Shown here: one piece after another, positions 13,711 through 24,369 of the stretch
Layout of the letters: every line of letters starts with the position of its first letter
How positions within the stretch are numbered: position 1 is the first letter of the stretch
Source of the DNA: a virus
Direction: 5' to 3' (one strand)
DNA length: 47,531 nucleotides
Virus genome (UHGV): UHGV-1357271
Position numbers and translations under genes: made by a program
Notes under the pieces: model-generated
Databases searched by the model: none
What the model was told of the DNA's origin: nothing
What the model saw: only the letters and a program-made list of their open reading frames with translations

Positions 13711-13939
13711 ATAGGTTCTTTATTACCAGAGACAGAGCGCCGAGGATTGACGCTACCGCCGCCCATTCTGTCAGGCTGTGTGGAATCATAGCCTCAAAAT
13801 AAGATTGCGTGACAGGTGTTTGCTCCGCAACTTTCAGGCCGATACCAGTGCCAATAGAAGCGTATCCAGCCTTGTCAATCACCTGCCCTGCCGTTCCGCT
13901 TATAATCTGCTCTGCGGCCTGCCTTAGTGCTCCGTTCAT
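13655..13939 (-). CDS. hypothetical protein with one hydrophobic segment (94 aa)
   Basis: ORF lying between the membrane protein and the connector genes. It overlaps both. Confidence 0.25.
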   Translation of the reverse strand: MNGALRQAAEQIISGTAGQVIDKAGYASIGTGIGLKVAEQTPVTQSYFEAMIPHSLTEWAAVASILGALSLVIKNLFEMWWKVRESKKNGSTNT

Positions 13940-13971
13940 TGTGCGTCTCGCTGATGATATGTTTCCAGCAC

Positions 13972-14412
13972 TTATAGATTTGAATCAGCGAAAAAACAAT
14001 GGCGACCACGCCAAGAATAATGTCCAATTTCGCCGCCCCATTTAAAAGTGATGGAAAGGATGAACAGATGGATGCCGATAATAATAAATGCGTACTGTGC
14101 ATGAAGCGGCGTTTCTACAGGCGTGATAAATTCCCATACGAATGACTCTATCGCAACCAGCCATTCGTAAAGGCTCATCGTCAGCACGCAGAGCGCCATC
14201 TTTGTACTTTTGCGCAGCGCAATAGCCGGAAACAACCAGACCATAGACTGCGCAAGGTAATACAGATATTCGGCGGGAAATGAATCAACAAGCACCCATC
14301 CAAGATACACAGACATCACCATTGCCGGAATGAACACCAGAAACGCGACCATTCCTGTGCAGGCAAAGCCCAGCACATACATGATCATGATGGCAATGTC
14401 TGCGCCGAACAT
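13972..14412 (-). CDS. polytopic inner-membrane protein (146 aa, ~4 TM)
   Basis: Very hydrophobic. Start overlaps the upstream stop in a TAATG arrangement. Confidence 0.5.
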   Translation of the reverse strand: MFGADIAIMIMYVLGFACTGMVAFLVFIPAMVMSVYLGWVLVDSFPAEYLYYLAQSMVWLFPAIALRKSTKMALCVLTMSLYEWLVAIESFVWEFITPVETPLHAQYAFIIIGIHLFILSITFKWGGEIGHYSWRGRHCFFADSNL

Positions 14413-14531
14413 TATTTTTTACCGCGCGATGGTGAGCGGGTGGAACCGTTTGGCTTCACTGCGCCGGTTTTGCCGCCGGTTTTGGTGTTGCCAGTAGCGC
14501 GTGAGCGAGACGGACCGTTTGTGGAACCCAT
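14412..14531 (-). CDS. small highly basic Gly/Ser/Thr/Lys-rich protein (39 aa)
   Basis: AGGAG SD at ideal spacing. Sequence MGSTNGPSRSRATGNTKTGGKTGAVKPNGSTRSPSRGKK. Not in the ORF track because it is shorter than 60 aa. Confidence 0.45.
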   Translation of the reverse strand: MGSTNGPSRSRATGNTKTGGKTGAVKPNGSTRSPSRGKK

Positions 14532-14555
14532 GTTTAAATCTCCTGTTGTTTGATT

Positions 14556-14607
14556 AGCATGATTTTAGCATATTCCTGTTGACGTAGATTGGCGGTGCGT
14601 TTATAGT
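14556..14607. promoter_or_regulatory. divergent promoters
   Basis: Leftward extended -10 TGCTAAAAT (reverse complement of 14556-14564). Rightward promoter is TTGACG at 14579-14584, a 17-nt spacer, then TATAGT at 14602-14607, with GTAGATT immediately after the -35. Confidence 0.45.
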
Positions 14608-14648
14608 TATTGATGTAGGAACAACAATAAATGTTAGAGGTGATAAAA

Positions 14649-15272
14649 ATGAGTAGCAACGAAAAACATTATGATTATTACATGGTTGAAGGTGATGATG
14701 TTAAGAAAGTTATTAACGCATATGATGACATTCAAAAGCGCCGCAATGAAATTCTCGGTGATGCCATGAAAAAGGTTGGCGCTATCGCTTTCACCACGAC
14801 ACGTAGCTGGGGCGCTGTCGGTGGTGGCTTACTTGAGAGCTTTGCTTGGAGTAAGCAGTTTGAGTTTCCGAGCCAAGTGACGATAAAGCGTGAAGACTTT
14901 TGGGAAGGTCAGCGTGTAATCGTTGCTCGCGGGAAGGGAAACACAAAGGACGGGCGAGAATATAATAAAAAACTTGACGCTGTGATTCGCGAAGCAAACG
15001 AGCAATTAAAGTCATTGCCAGAATGGAAAGACTACATTGTTAATCATTACGGCATTGCGCGCACAGGCATTGGCGAGCAATCGGGTCGCGGATTTGGTTT
15101 TGCAATGCTGTCTACTTATGGCGGTAAGCACCCGCAAAAGGATGATTGCCTGATTTTTGCTGTGCCAAATACAAAAGATGAAGGTCACGGACAGGTAACG
15201 ATACCTGATAATTTTACGCAGATAACCTACGGTCAGTTTTACGATATTGCTAATTCTGGTGATGAGGAGTAA
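14649..15272 (+). CDS. hypothetical protein (207 aa)
   Basis: GAGGTGA SD before the ATG at 14649. The track's 14631 start lacks an RBS. Confidence 0.5.
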   Translation: MSSNEKHYDYYMVEGDDVKKVINAYDDIQKRRNEILGDAMKKVGAIAFTTTRSWGAVGGGLLESFAWSKQFEFPSQVTIKREDFWEGQRVIVARGKGNTKDGREYNKKLDAVIREANEQLKSLPEWKDYIVNHYGIARTGIGEQSGRGFGFAMLSTYGGKHPQKDDCLIFAVPNTKDEGHGQVTIPDNFTQITYGQFYDIANSGDEE

Positions 15273-15274
15273 TC

Positions 15275-15466
15275 ATGGCAAACATGTCCTACTGTCGATT
15301 TCGTAATACAGAGCAAGACTTCAATGATTGTGTTGATGCAATTGGCAACATTGAGTCTATTGATGACTTAAGCAATGCAGAACGCAAGTCTGCTGAGCGC
15401 CTGTACCATCTGGCTAATGAGTACGTCGCATATTACGAGCAATTGTTAGAGGAAAGTGGTGAATGA
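15275..15466 (+). CDS. hypothetical protein (63 aa)
   Basis: Coupled ORF. Confidence 0.4.
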   Translation: MANMSYCRFRNTEQDFNDCVDAIGNIESIDDLSNAERKSAERLYHLANEYVAYYEQLLEESGE

Positions 15467-15467
15467 T

Positions 15468-15749
15468 ATGAAAGATGAATTCAAAGGTACAAAAGGTCCG
15501 TGGTTTTGGGATGAGGAAGGTCTGGGGAATAAACATCACATAGTATTCGGAAAGGGGTATCCGATTGAGGTGACAAGCAAAGAAAATAAGTCTCTTATTG
15601 CCGCGGCACCAGAGTTACTTGAAGCTCTTCGCCAGCTTCGCGATTATGTTGAGGATGTTTGCGCAGTATCGTCGGATGATTACCATGAGGAACATCCATT
15701 AAATCTGGCAAACAAAGCAATCAAGAAAGCATTAGGAAAGAAACAATGA
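15468..15749 (+). CDS. hypothetical protein, paralog of 27622..27918
   Basis: Shares K-G-x-W, LIAAAPELLEAL and KAIKKALG motifs with the second copy. Confidence 0.5.
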   Translation: MKDEFKGTKGPWFWDEEGLGNKHHIVFGKGYPIEVTSKENKSLIAAAPELLEALRQLRDYVEDVCAVSSDDYHEEHPLNLANKAIKKALGKKQ

Positions 15750-16555
15750 AAACACTCAGCAAAATCTATTCAGACAAAGAAACCCGAAACGGAATCGCTG
15801 TTAACAAAACCTATCTCGTGCCAGTGGAGCAAATCTATCTTGAGCCGGGATACAACATCCGCGAAGCAGATGAGCAACACGTTGAGTATTTCGCGCAGTG
15901 CTGGGAATCAGGTCAGCCATTACCAGCATTAACAATTATTCCTGACGAGAAGGGAATACGAATTCTTGATGGTCAGCATCGCTATCTCGGCGCATTGCGT
16001 GCCATTGAGCGTGGCGCACCAATCGTTCGCATTGAGTGTAAGGATTTCACTGGCGACGAGGCGGACAAAATCGCCTTCATGGTGTCATCAAGTCAGGGTA
16101 AGCAGCTTGACCCGTTTGAGCGAGCAAAGGCTTATACGCGACTGAAAGGCTTTGGCTGGACGAATGAAGAAATCGCCAAAAAGGTAGGTCGCTCAGTATC
16201 TGACGTGCAGATGCACCTGTCATTAGGCGACGTGCCAGCAGAAGTGAAAGCACGCATTAGTGCCGGCCAAATCAGCTATGCAAATGCTGTAGCGGTAACT
16301 CGTGAGCATGGCGATGATGCGGTTAAAGTTATCGATGAAGCTGTAGAAGAAGCGAAGGCGCAAGGCAAGGATAAGGTCACGGCGAAGGTGCTTAAGTCGA
16401 AAAAGATTAAGCCAGTAGACCGCCTGATTGAGTTATTGAAGCCAGCAGACCACGTTATTCTTCCTGCTGGTCATGAACTGAAGGAGGATGAGGAGTTTAT
16501 CCAGATTCCTGTTGCTGACATTCACGAGGTGATGGCAATTCTGGAGAAGATGTGA
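15746..16555 (+). CDS. ParB-like nuclease (ParB/Srx N-terminal) domain protein
   Basis: ILDGQHRYLGALRA matches the ParBc core. Plus a predicted HTH region. Confidence 0.55.
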   Translation: MKTLSKIYSDKETRNGIAVNKTYLVPVEQIYLEPGYNIREADEQHVEYFAQCWESGQPLPALTIIPDEKGIRILDGQHRYLGALRAIERGAPIVRIECKDFTGDEADKIAFMVSSSQGKQLDPFERAKAYTRLKGFGWTNEEIAKKVGRSVSDVQMHLSLGDVPAEVKARISAGQISYANAVAVTREHGDDAVKVIDEAVEEAKAQGKDKVTAKVLKSKKIKPVDRLIELLKPADHVILPAGHELKEDEEFIQIPVADIHEVMAILEKM

Positions 16556-16779
16556 TGAAACCACAAGAAGCAACACTCGCCATCAAAGATATTCTTTCTC
16601 AATGCAATTCAGATGATGATTTCAGGGTTGCTATGTATTGCATTATTGAATTTATGCTCATATCTGACCTTAGCATTAAAGACGTTATTTCATGCATTGA
16701 GAATGCCAGTGGTGATTATGTTGAATCAGATAGATGCATAGATGACATGATTGCTGAACTGAAGGATAACTATCTATGA
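16552..16779 (+). CDS. hypothetical acidic protein (75 aa)
   Basis: Coupled ORF. Confidence 0.4.
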   Translation: MMKPQEATLAIKDILSQCNSDDDFRVAMYCIIEFMLISDLSIKDVISCIENASGDYVESDRCIDDMIAELKDNYL

Positions 16780-16949
16780 CACCAGAACAATTTATCGAAA
16801 AACAGCTTCGTACCAAGCTGCCTGACATCGACCAGATGGCAATTGATACGGCAATTCAGTATTACAAGCGCAATCAGAGCGCAAAGAAGGGTGGTATTTT
16901 TGAAGAATGCCTGAAGGTTGCAAAACAACACATGATTAAGGTGAAGTGA
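16776..16949 (+). CDS. hypothetical protein (57 aa)
   Basis: ATGA overlap at both ends. Sequence MTPEQFIEKQLRTKLPD... Confidence 0.4.
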   Translation: MTPEQFIEKQLRTKLPDIDQMAIDTAIQYYKRNQSAKKGGIFEECLKVAKQHMIKVK

Positions 16950-17485
16950 TGAAACTAAAAATCAGCAAATTATTACTTGAATCAGCATTAATCTTTCAGG
17001 CGCGCAATGATGTGCGATATTACCTGAACGGAATCTGCTTTATGCCTGATGGTCGTATTGCGTCAACTGACGGTCATCGCGCATTCATTGGTGGAAGCCA
17101 TGATAACAAGCTTACAGAAAATGTGATTATCAAGATTGGTAAATCTGCAACAAAACGCTATGAGTATGCCATCATTGATACTAAGTCTAAAATTGCAACG
17201 TATCATGATGAAGCTGGCGTTATGGTTGGCGCTGGTATCTGCGAAGAGATTGATGGTCGATTCCCTGATATTGATCGCGTAATACCAAAGGAAACGAAAG
17301 CAGCAGATGAGATTGGCTTTAATGCTGGCTACCTTGTTGATATCGGGAAAGTGGCGAAGCTGTTTAACCCTAAATTCCGCGGCGTCAAAATTGAACTGAA
17401 TGGAAACACAAATGCCGCAGCTTGCTGTCTTAGTGCGCCATCTGGCGAGACTGCGAAGATTGTTGTTATGCCGGTGCGTCTGTAG
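16949..17485 (+). CDS. hypothetical protein (178 aa)
   Basis: Coupled ORF followed by a strong terminator. Confidence 0.45.
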   Translation: MKLKISKLLLESALIFQARNDVRYYLNGICFMPDGRIASTDGHRAFIGGSHDNKLTENVIIKIGKSATKRYEYAIIDTKSKIATYHDEAGVMVGAGICEEIDGRFPDIDRVIPKETKAADEIGFNAGYLVDIGKVAKLFNPKFRGVKIELNGNTNAAACCLSAPSGETAKIVVMPVRL

Positions 17486-17489
17486 TGAT

Positions 17490-17518
17490 AAAAAGCCCCT
17501 CTGGGGCTTTTCTTTTAT
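17490..17518. terminator. bidirectional terminator
   Basis: The sequence aaaagcccctctggggcttttctttt lies between convergent genes. Confidence 0.7.
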
Positions 17519-18348
17519 CACGCCAGATAAGTATCATCCTCAAACCACGAGACATACGCATTGATATTCTGCACCGCAGTATCAAGTGATGTTATGCGAA
17601 GCAGATATGCCGTATTTGGTGCCATGATTATTTGCTCACCTAATATAGCTTGCGAGTTACCCTGACCCTGATTAGATGCGTTACCCTCGCTGTACGTTGC
17701 CGCAACAGTCAGCTGCCCGATATTTGTAATCGTAGCACCAGTAAGTAACTGCGCCGTGGCTGCCTGCGGCGAGATGTCATTTGGGTTATTAACCTCCGCA
17801 GCGGTGCCGCCAGTGGCTACAGCTCCACGGTAGATTGACGCTACGACACCCTTACCGGTGTAGCCGATGATGCGTTGATTAAAAACGACCTGTTTTGAGC
17901 CGGTAATAAAAATACTGTCAAGGTTAGCTCCGCCAGCAACGTCAGTCACGCGACGCGATGCGGTGAATAACTTCCCTTGCTTGTTAGCAAACCCTGCATA
18001 GGACTGCGCGACAACCTGACTTGATGGTACTGATGTGGCAGATCGCCATACCAGGACTTTCAGGGATGCAATGCCCGCTGGTATTTGTGACTTAATCACC
18101 TTCAGTCGCAGCGCTACGCCATAATAATTATTATTGTTAACGTCAATCCAGAAATCACCGGATGAAAACGGCGATACCATTACAGAAACAGACCCGCCTG
18201 TTAATGGCTCATAGCCACCGGAAGAATTTAGCGGCACAATCTGCACCTGTAATGCTGACCAGTCCGCAGACATGGTTTCGCTAAGCAAAACCTCTCCATC
18301 AGCCGGAGTTGTGTTTATTTCGTATCTGACAGCCATAGAAACCCCCAA
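17518..18348 (-). CDS. putative virion structural protein (276 aa, beta-rich, A/G/S/T/N-rich)
   Basis: Downstream of the capsid genes. Isolated from them by a strong terminator. Confidence 0.35.
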   Translation of the reverse strand: MGVSMAVRYEINTTPADGEVLLSETMSADWSALQVQIVPLNSSGGYEPLTGGSVSVMVSPFSSGDFWIDVNNNNYYGVALRLKVIKSQIPAGIASLKVLVWRSATSVPSSQVVAQSYAGFANKQGKLFTASRRVTDVAGGANLDSIFITGSKQVVFNQRIIGYTGKGVVASIYRGAVATGGTAAEVNNPNDISPQAATAQLLTGATITNIGQLTVAATYSEGNASNQGQGNSQAILGEQIIMAPNTAYLLRITSLDTAVQNINAYVSWFEDDTYLA

Positions 18349-18376
18349 TAAAAAACCCGCATTATGCGGGTTCAGT
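18349..18376 (-). terminator. rho-independent terminator
   Basis: On the minus strand: acccgcataatgcgggt followed by tttttatt. Confidence 0.65.
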
Positions 18377-18574
18377 TTACTCTGCTTTCTTTCTCTTTGT
18401 CGTCTTTTCTTGTGGGGTTGCGACTTCGAAAGACTTTTCGAGTTCTGGCATGATGCGCAGTTTTGGTAGCAGATGATCGGCTGGTTCGGTAATCACCTCG
18501 CCAAGCTGCAATTCACGAATCTTGCCTTTCTCTTTTACAAAGATTCCGCGTGCGATAACTTCGTACTTAGCCAT
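18377..18574 (-). CDS. hypothetical protein (65 aa)
   Basis: GAGGTGA SD. Lies between the MCP attenuator hairpin and the terminator. Confidence 0.4.
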   Translation of the reverse strand: MAKYEVIARGIFVKEKGKIRELQLGEVITEPADHLLPKLRIMPELEKSFEVATPQEKTTKRKKAE

Positions 18575-18585
18575 TATTCACCTCA

Positions 18586-18612
18586 AATTCACAAAGGGGC
18601 TTTCGCCCCTTT
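18586..18612 (-). terminator. hairpin/attenuator immediately downstream of the MCP
   Basis: On the minus strand: aaggggcgaaagcccctt followed by tgtgaatttg. Confidence 0.45.
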
Positions 18613-18615
18613 CTA

Positions 18616-19686
18616 TTACAGCGGAGTTTGTGTGCCGTAGCCGTTAAACACTTTTGACTTGCCAGTGAAATCCTTACGGATTTGCAAACCAAAAGCTGAC
18701 CACACCATAAAGTTAAAGTTATCGTGCGGATTGTCACGGGCTGCTGCGTAGGTGGAAACAGGCTGAGCAACACGCGGACGGATGTACATGTCGTTGCGAA
18801 CGTAGCCAACGAAATGGTTGCCGGTCAGCAGGAAGTTGGTGCCAATCTTGCCGATACGGCCATTGCCGAACTGCGTGATGTACTGCTCAACCGTGCCGCC
18901 TTTGAAGCCTGCAGCATCAGAATACGGACGCATGAAGCTGCGACGCACTGCCGGGGAAACCCACAGAGTCACCTGCTCAAATACGTTCTGCGCATCCAGA
19001 ATAGCCTGTAAATCCTGATTGAAGAAGGTCACGATTTCGTCTGGCGTTGCTGTTTGCAGGTCGATATTCAGACCGCCGGAAGCATTCAGGTTAACCTGAA
19101 CAGTGTTCGGGTGGTTGGTGATGCCGTAACCAGTGTAAACGCCGTTTACGTTCAGAGTCTGGTCGCCGGTAAGCAGATACTGCGCCATGTCGGAACGCAG
19201 GTTAAAGGTGACGTTAGCCTGATCGTCCAGCAGTGGGTCAAAACCTTCAGACTGCATACCCAGCAGTTCGCGCCATTCGCGGCTGTAGCCAGTCTTGAAG
19301 ATCGGAATCACATCGCCAGTGTAATCGTAGCGGGTTTTATCCAAATCTTCCGGTTCCTGACCAGACAGGGTGCGGGCGACCTTACCAGCATCGGAAGCAA
19401 TGCGACTGATCGCCACGGTCTTACCGATGTTGATGTTTGCCGCGATACCCATCAGGTCAGCCATCATGTCCTGACCTGCTTCGTTGCGGAAAACGCGGGT
19501 GGTGACGTTGTCCACGTCGCGCCAGTAATCCTTCGTTACCAGTGCGGTAGCGTTCACACCGTAAGTTTTCGCCAGTTCAGCTTCTGCATTGCAGAACACT
19601 TTACGGTCGATGGTCAGATGTTTCCACTGGTCAGCCACCACTGCGGAGTTAGCTACCAGGTCTTTGGTAAAAATAATCTTTTCCAT
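18616..19686 (-). CDS. major capsid protein (HK97-fold), 356 aa
   Basis: Size, and position downstream of the decoration and protease/scaffold genes. Followed by an attenuator hairpin. Confidence 0.6.
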   Translation of the reverse strand: MEKIIFTKDLVANSAVVADQWKHLTIDRKVFCNAEAELAKTYGVNATALVTKDYWRDVDNVTTRVFRNEAGQDMMADLMGIAANINIGKTVAISRIASDAGKVARTLSGQEPEDLDKTRYDYTGDVIPIFKTGYSREWRELLGMQSEGFDPLLDDQANVTFNLRSDMAQYLLTGDQTLNVNGVYTGYGITNHPNTVQVNLNASGGLNIDLQTATPDEIVTFFNQDLQAILDAQNVFEQVTLWVSPAVRRSFMRPYSDAAGFKGGTVEQYITQFGNGRIGKIGTNFLLTGNHFVGYVRNDMYIRPRVAQPVSTYAAARDNPHDNFNFMVWSAFGLQIRKDFTGKSKVFNGYGTQTPL

Positions 19687-19688
19687 TA

Positions 19689-21568
<1,880 letters not shown>

Positions 21569-21584
21569 GGTTAACTCTCCACGG

Positions 21585-21707
21585 TTAGTTTGTGGTCGAA
21601 TTATAACACAGGGAGATATAGCACCATGAGGCGGTAGCCAGTGCAAACAATGGCGAATTTGTGAGTGCGTATAGCGTGAGAAAGTAAGTGATAGGGATTA
21701 TATTCAT
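21585..21707 (-). CDS. small TM protein (40 aa)
   Basis: AGGAGG SD. Hydrophobic. Confidence 0.4.
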   Translation of the reverse strand: MNIIPITYFLTLYALTNSPLFALATASWCYISLCYNSTTN

Positions 21708-21762
21708 GGGCTACCTCCTGATTAAATGATAGCAGCCTATGATGAACAAAAGATATACGGAG

Positions 21763-21909
21763 TTAGTCTGAAATCACATCATCCATAAATGCAAGTGCAG
21801 CACCAGAGAGGCATAACAGAGCACCATAGCAAATCATCTGGTACAGAGTATCAGCCTCAAATACCCTTGCGAATGAGTATGCTGATAATATCCAAAGCAA
21901 TGGAATCAT
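21763..21909 (-). CDS. small TM protein (48 aa)
   Basis: Its ATG overlaps the upstream TGA. Hydrophobic. Confidence 0.4.
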   Translation of the reverse strand: MIPLLWILSAYSFARVFEADTLYQMICYGALLCLSGAALAFMDDVISD

Positions 21910-22019
21910 GATCTGCCTCTCCACGCTCCAATCAATCCCTCTATCCCAGCAAATAATAAGTAGCCGGAAAATAAAGTTAAAATCCAGTGGTCAGCGAACC
22001 AGTTCAGGAAGTCCATCAT
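21906..22019 (-). CDS. small TM protein (37 aa)
   Basis: AGGAGG SD. The ATG overlaps the stop of 22016..22342. Confidence 0.4.
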   Translation of the reverse strand: MMDFLNWFADHWILTLFSGYLLFAGIEGLIGAWRGRS

Positions 22020-22342
22020 AACCCAGCCTCCTGTTTTGCGCGGTGCACGTATGACATAAACTTGCCAATTGGCATTTCCTTACGGATTTGCGCCAGTATA
22101 GCCCCGTGAAGCATCCTTTCTTCGCCAAAATATAGCTTATCAAGACGAGTTTTGATGAGTGCTCGCGTGCGCTTCATGTGGTCGCGTGCCTTAAGTGCTT
22201 TCTCGTGCCACACGCGATCATTCTTCTTATCAGCATACTGCAGTTGACGCTCGACGGTTTCGATTTCAAACGCCAGTTGCACATCATAATCTTCAAGCTG
22301 AATGATGTCTGCTTTCATAATGTCGTTTAGTTGGATAATCAT
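22016..22342 (-). CDS. hypothetical protein (108 aa)
   Basis: Coupled ORF. Confidence 0.4.
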   Translation of the reverse strand: MIIQLNDIMKADIIQLEDYDVQLAFEIETVERQLQYADKKNDRVWHEKALKARDHMKRTRALIKTRLDKLYFGEERMLHGAILAQIRKEMPIGKFMSYVHRAKQEAGL

Positions 22343-22743
22343 TTTTTCACCTTTAAGCCTGCATTATTAATTTGCGCGAGATAATAGTCATCAACATGTG
22401 GCCCATGATCGTTTGGGTATGGGCACGCTTGAATCTCAATAGCTAAACGTGATGCCTGCCATCCTCGCCATAACCAAAACAAAGCCTCTGAACATGATTT
22501 CCCATAATAGAGGTAATCACCGCCAACATAGTATCCATCATCATCGTCACCGCAAAAATCAGCACAAGCGATCGCATCACTGAACCACTCATACTTGTCA
22601 CTCATTTCTTTTTCAAACTGCTCTCTGCTCGTCATCTTCACTCCCTCCACTATCCAGCCCATCTTTCTACGGTTATTGGCAATAAACTCATCAGATGTAA
22701 CAAACAGAGTTCTGCCTGATTTATGCTTAATAGCCCATCTCAT
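22339..22743 (-). CDS. hypothetical protein (134 aa)
   Basis: Coupled ORF. Confidence 0.4.
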   Translation of the reverse strand: MRWAIKHKSGRTLFVTSDEFIANNRRKMGWIVEGVKMTSREQFEKEMSDKYEWFSDAIACADFCGDDDDGYYVGGDYLYYGKSCSEALFWLWRGWQASRLAIEIQACPYPNDHGPHVDDYYLAQINNAGLKVKK

Positions 22744-22903
22744 TTAGTACGTCCTCAGCAAGTTTTCGGAACATGATTTGCACTCTTGCCACCTTGCGCC
22801 ACTCGGCTTCGGTGAGAATCACATCCTCCTGCTGCGGAATTCCCGACATTTCGCATGGCGGTAATGGCTCATACTCTTGCTTCTTGCGTTTGGCTTTTCC
22901 CAT
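22727..22903 (-). CDS. hypothetical basic protein (58 aa; overlaps both neighbours)
   Basis: AAGAGG SD. Sequence MGKAKRKKQEYEPLPP... Competes with the C-terminal tail of the 22869..23357 ORF. Confidence 0.3.
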   Translation of the reverse strand: MGKAKRKKQEYEPLPPCEMSGIPQQEDVILTEAEWRKVARVQIMFRKLAEDVLNEMGY

Positions 22904-23357
22904 GATGACCTCTTGCGTTGCGAAGAAGTGAATTAAACATATTGCTTACGTTTACCTCCTGCTCCTGCCATGAGTAACGCCACAGTTTCTTGTGGTGGTC
23001 ATAGCTTCGCGTCACATCGCCGTTATGAAACATAATGCGAATTCGGCTTTTAACGATGCGATAATCAATACCAGTGGTGGCGCTGAGTTCTTTCACCTCT
23101 GCTCCAGCGTTATCAAGCAAATGGCACTTAATCGCATCATCAATACCAGCAGCATCATCAGAGATGAAATACTTGTACTGCCACTTGCCACCACGAATCA
23201 CGGACTTCTCACGGCGAATAAATCCAAGCGCCAGCATTTCATGTAGACGATGCGTTGTGGTGCTTGAATGCTTTCCGCCGCAATGCTTTTCAATATATGC
23301 TCGCGTTGCTCCTGGGTGATTCATAATCACGCGCATGATTTGTGATTTATAATCCAT
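22869..23357 (-). CDS. winged-helix DNA-binding protein (162 aa, start MDYKSQIM)
   Basis: Start overlaps the upstream stop (ATGGATTATAA). Composition is wHTH-like. Confidence 0.4.
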   Translation of the reverse strand: MDYKSQIMRVIMNHPGATRAYIEKHCGGKHSSTTTHRLHEMLALGFIRREKSVIRGGKWQYKYFISDDAAGIDDAIKCHLLDNAGAEVKELSATTGIDYRIVKSRIRIMFHNGDVTRSYDHHKKLWRYSWQEQEVNVSNMFNSLLRNARGHHGKSQTQEARV

Positions 23358-23601
23358 AATCACGCTCCTGTGCTGCCTGGTTGAAGTCTTCTGCGGTGTA
23401 GAGGTGTCCACCTCTTGTGTTCCATTGCGTAGCTGCTGCCAGTTTTGTTACGTGAACATCACTTGAGCTGCCGCACTCACACATGGCGAAATACAGCCCA
23501 TCATCGTTATATAACTTAACTTCGTTGCCACCACAGAATGGGCACTCAAGCAGACCTTCGTCATTCATCATCGGCATATGTGGTGCTGTCATTTTACCCA
23601 T
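23347..23601 (-). CDS. Lar-family (restriction alleviation)-like Zn-ribbon protein
   Basis: LECPFCGGNEVKL...CECG matches the Lar family CPFCGG signature. Confidence 0.45.
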   Translation of the reverse strand: MGKMTAPHMPMMNDEGLLECPFCGGNEVKLYNDDGLYFAMCECGSSSDVHVTKLAAATQWNTRGGHLYTAEDFNQAAQERDYGL

Positions 23602-23783
23602 TCTCCCAAGTTATTAAATTTAGGCGTATCGCCCGACCAGTCGATAACGTCTTTCTGCTGACTGCGTTTGCGTTGCAGGCGGTTACGCACTTCCCGCAGT
23701 TCGCACTCCAGCCATTCGCGAGTACGCTCAACCTCATTCAGTCGCTGGATTAACGATTCTTCGTACAGCTCGTCATGCGCCAT
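23589..23783 (-). CDS. hypothetical coiled-coil protein (64 aa)
   Basis: Coupled ORF. Confidence 0.35.
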   Translation of the reverse strand: MAHDELYEESLIQRLNEVERTREWLECELREVRNRLQRKRSQQKDVIDWSGDTPKFNNLGEWVK

Positions 23784-23843
23784 TTATAATTTCTCCCGTA
23801 GAATTTGATAACAACGTGCTCAACGCACAGATAACCTTCATCC

Positions 23844-24047
23844 TCAACCGTTACTGGTTGAACTATAAACCACCGCAGATATAAGTTCGTCAGCCTTTTC
23901 ACGACCTGCAACCTCCGCCTCAAGCGCCAGTGAGCACATAGCAGTCTCCACAAACTTAATGGTATCTTCGCGAACGTTAAGGATTTCCATAACCTCGCGC
24001 ACCTCTTTCTGGTATCTCGCTGCTATTTCTTTGTATCGCATTTCCAC
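23844..24047 (-). CDS. hypothetical protein (67 aa)
   Basis: First gene of the leftward early operon. Confidence 0.35.
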   Translation of the reverse strand: MEMRYKEIAARYQKEVREVMEILNVREDTIKFVETAMCSLALEAEVAGREKADELISAVVYSSTSNG

Positions 24048-24063
24048 ATCACCTCTTTCGTTG

Positions 24064-24120
24064 TGGTAGAATCATTCTACACCAACAGTATTGACTAAGT
24101 GACGTAGATTCGTCAATAAT
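24064..24120. promoter_or_regulatory. divergent promoter/operator region
   Basis: Perfect palindrome GTAGAATCATTCTAC at 24066-24080. TTGACT at 24091-24096. TGACGTAGATT at 24100-24110. AATAAT -10. Confidence 0.4.
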
Positions 24121-24144
24121 AAATTTCGAAAAGGAGTAGTAAAT

Positions 24145-24369
24145 ATGCCAAGACCACGACGCGAGCCGATGGACATTATCACCAGCATTGTGGAGAAGAG
24201 GCAGCCGCTGACACTCCGTGATGTTCGCTACTTTGCCCGTTGCTATGTGGCGCTGGCTGATATGCCAAAGGATGAGATGTATGATTTGATTCGGGCCAAT
24301 TTTAATGTTGATGAATACAACCGCGTCACAATGCCGCGACGCGAGATGATTAAGTGGAGAGAGAAATGA
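24145..24369 (+). CDS. hypothetical protein (74 aa)
   Basis: AAAGGAG SD. Confidence 0.45.
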   Translation: MPRPRREPMDIITSIVEKRQPLTLRDVRYFARCYVALADMPKDEMYDLIRANFNVDEYNRVTMPRREMIKWREK

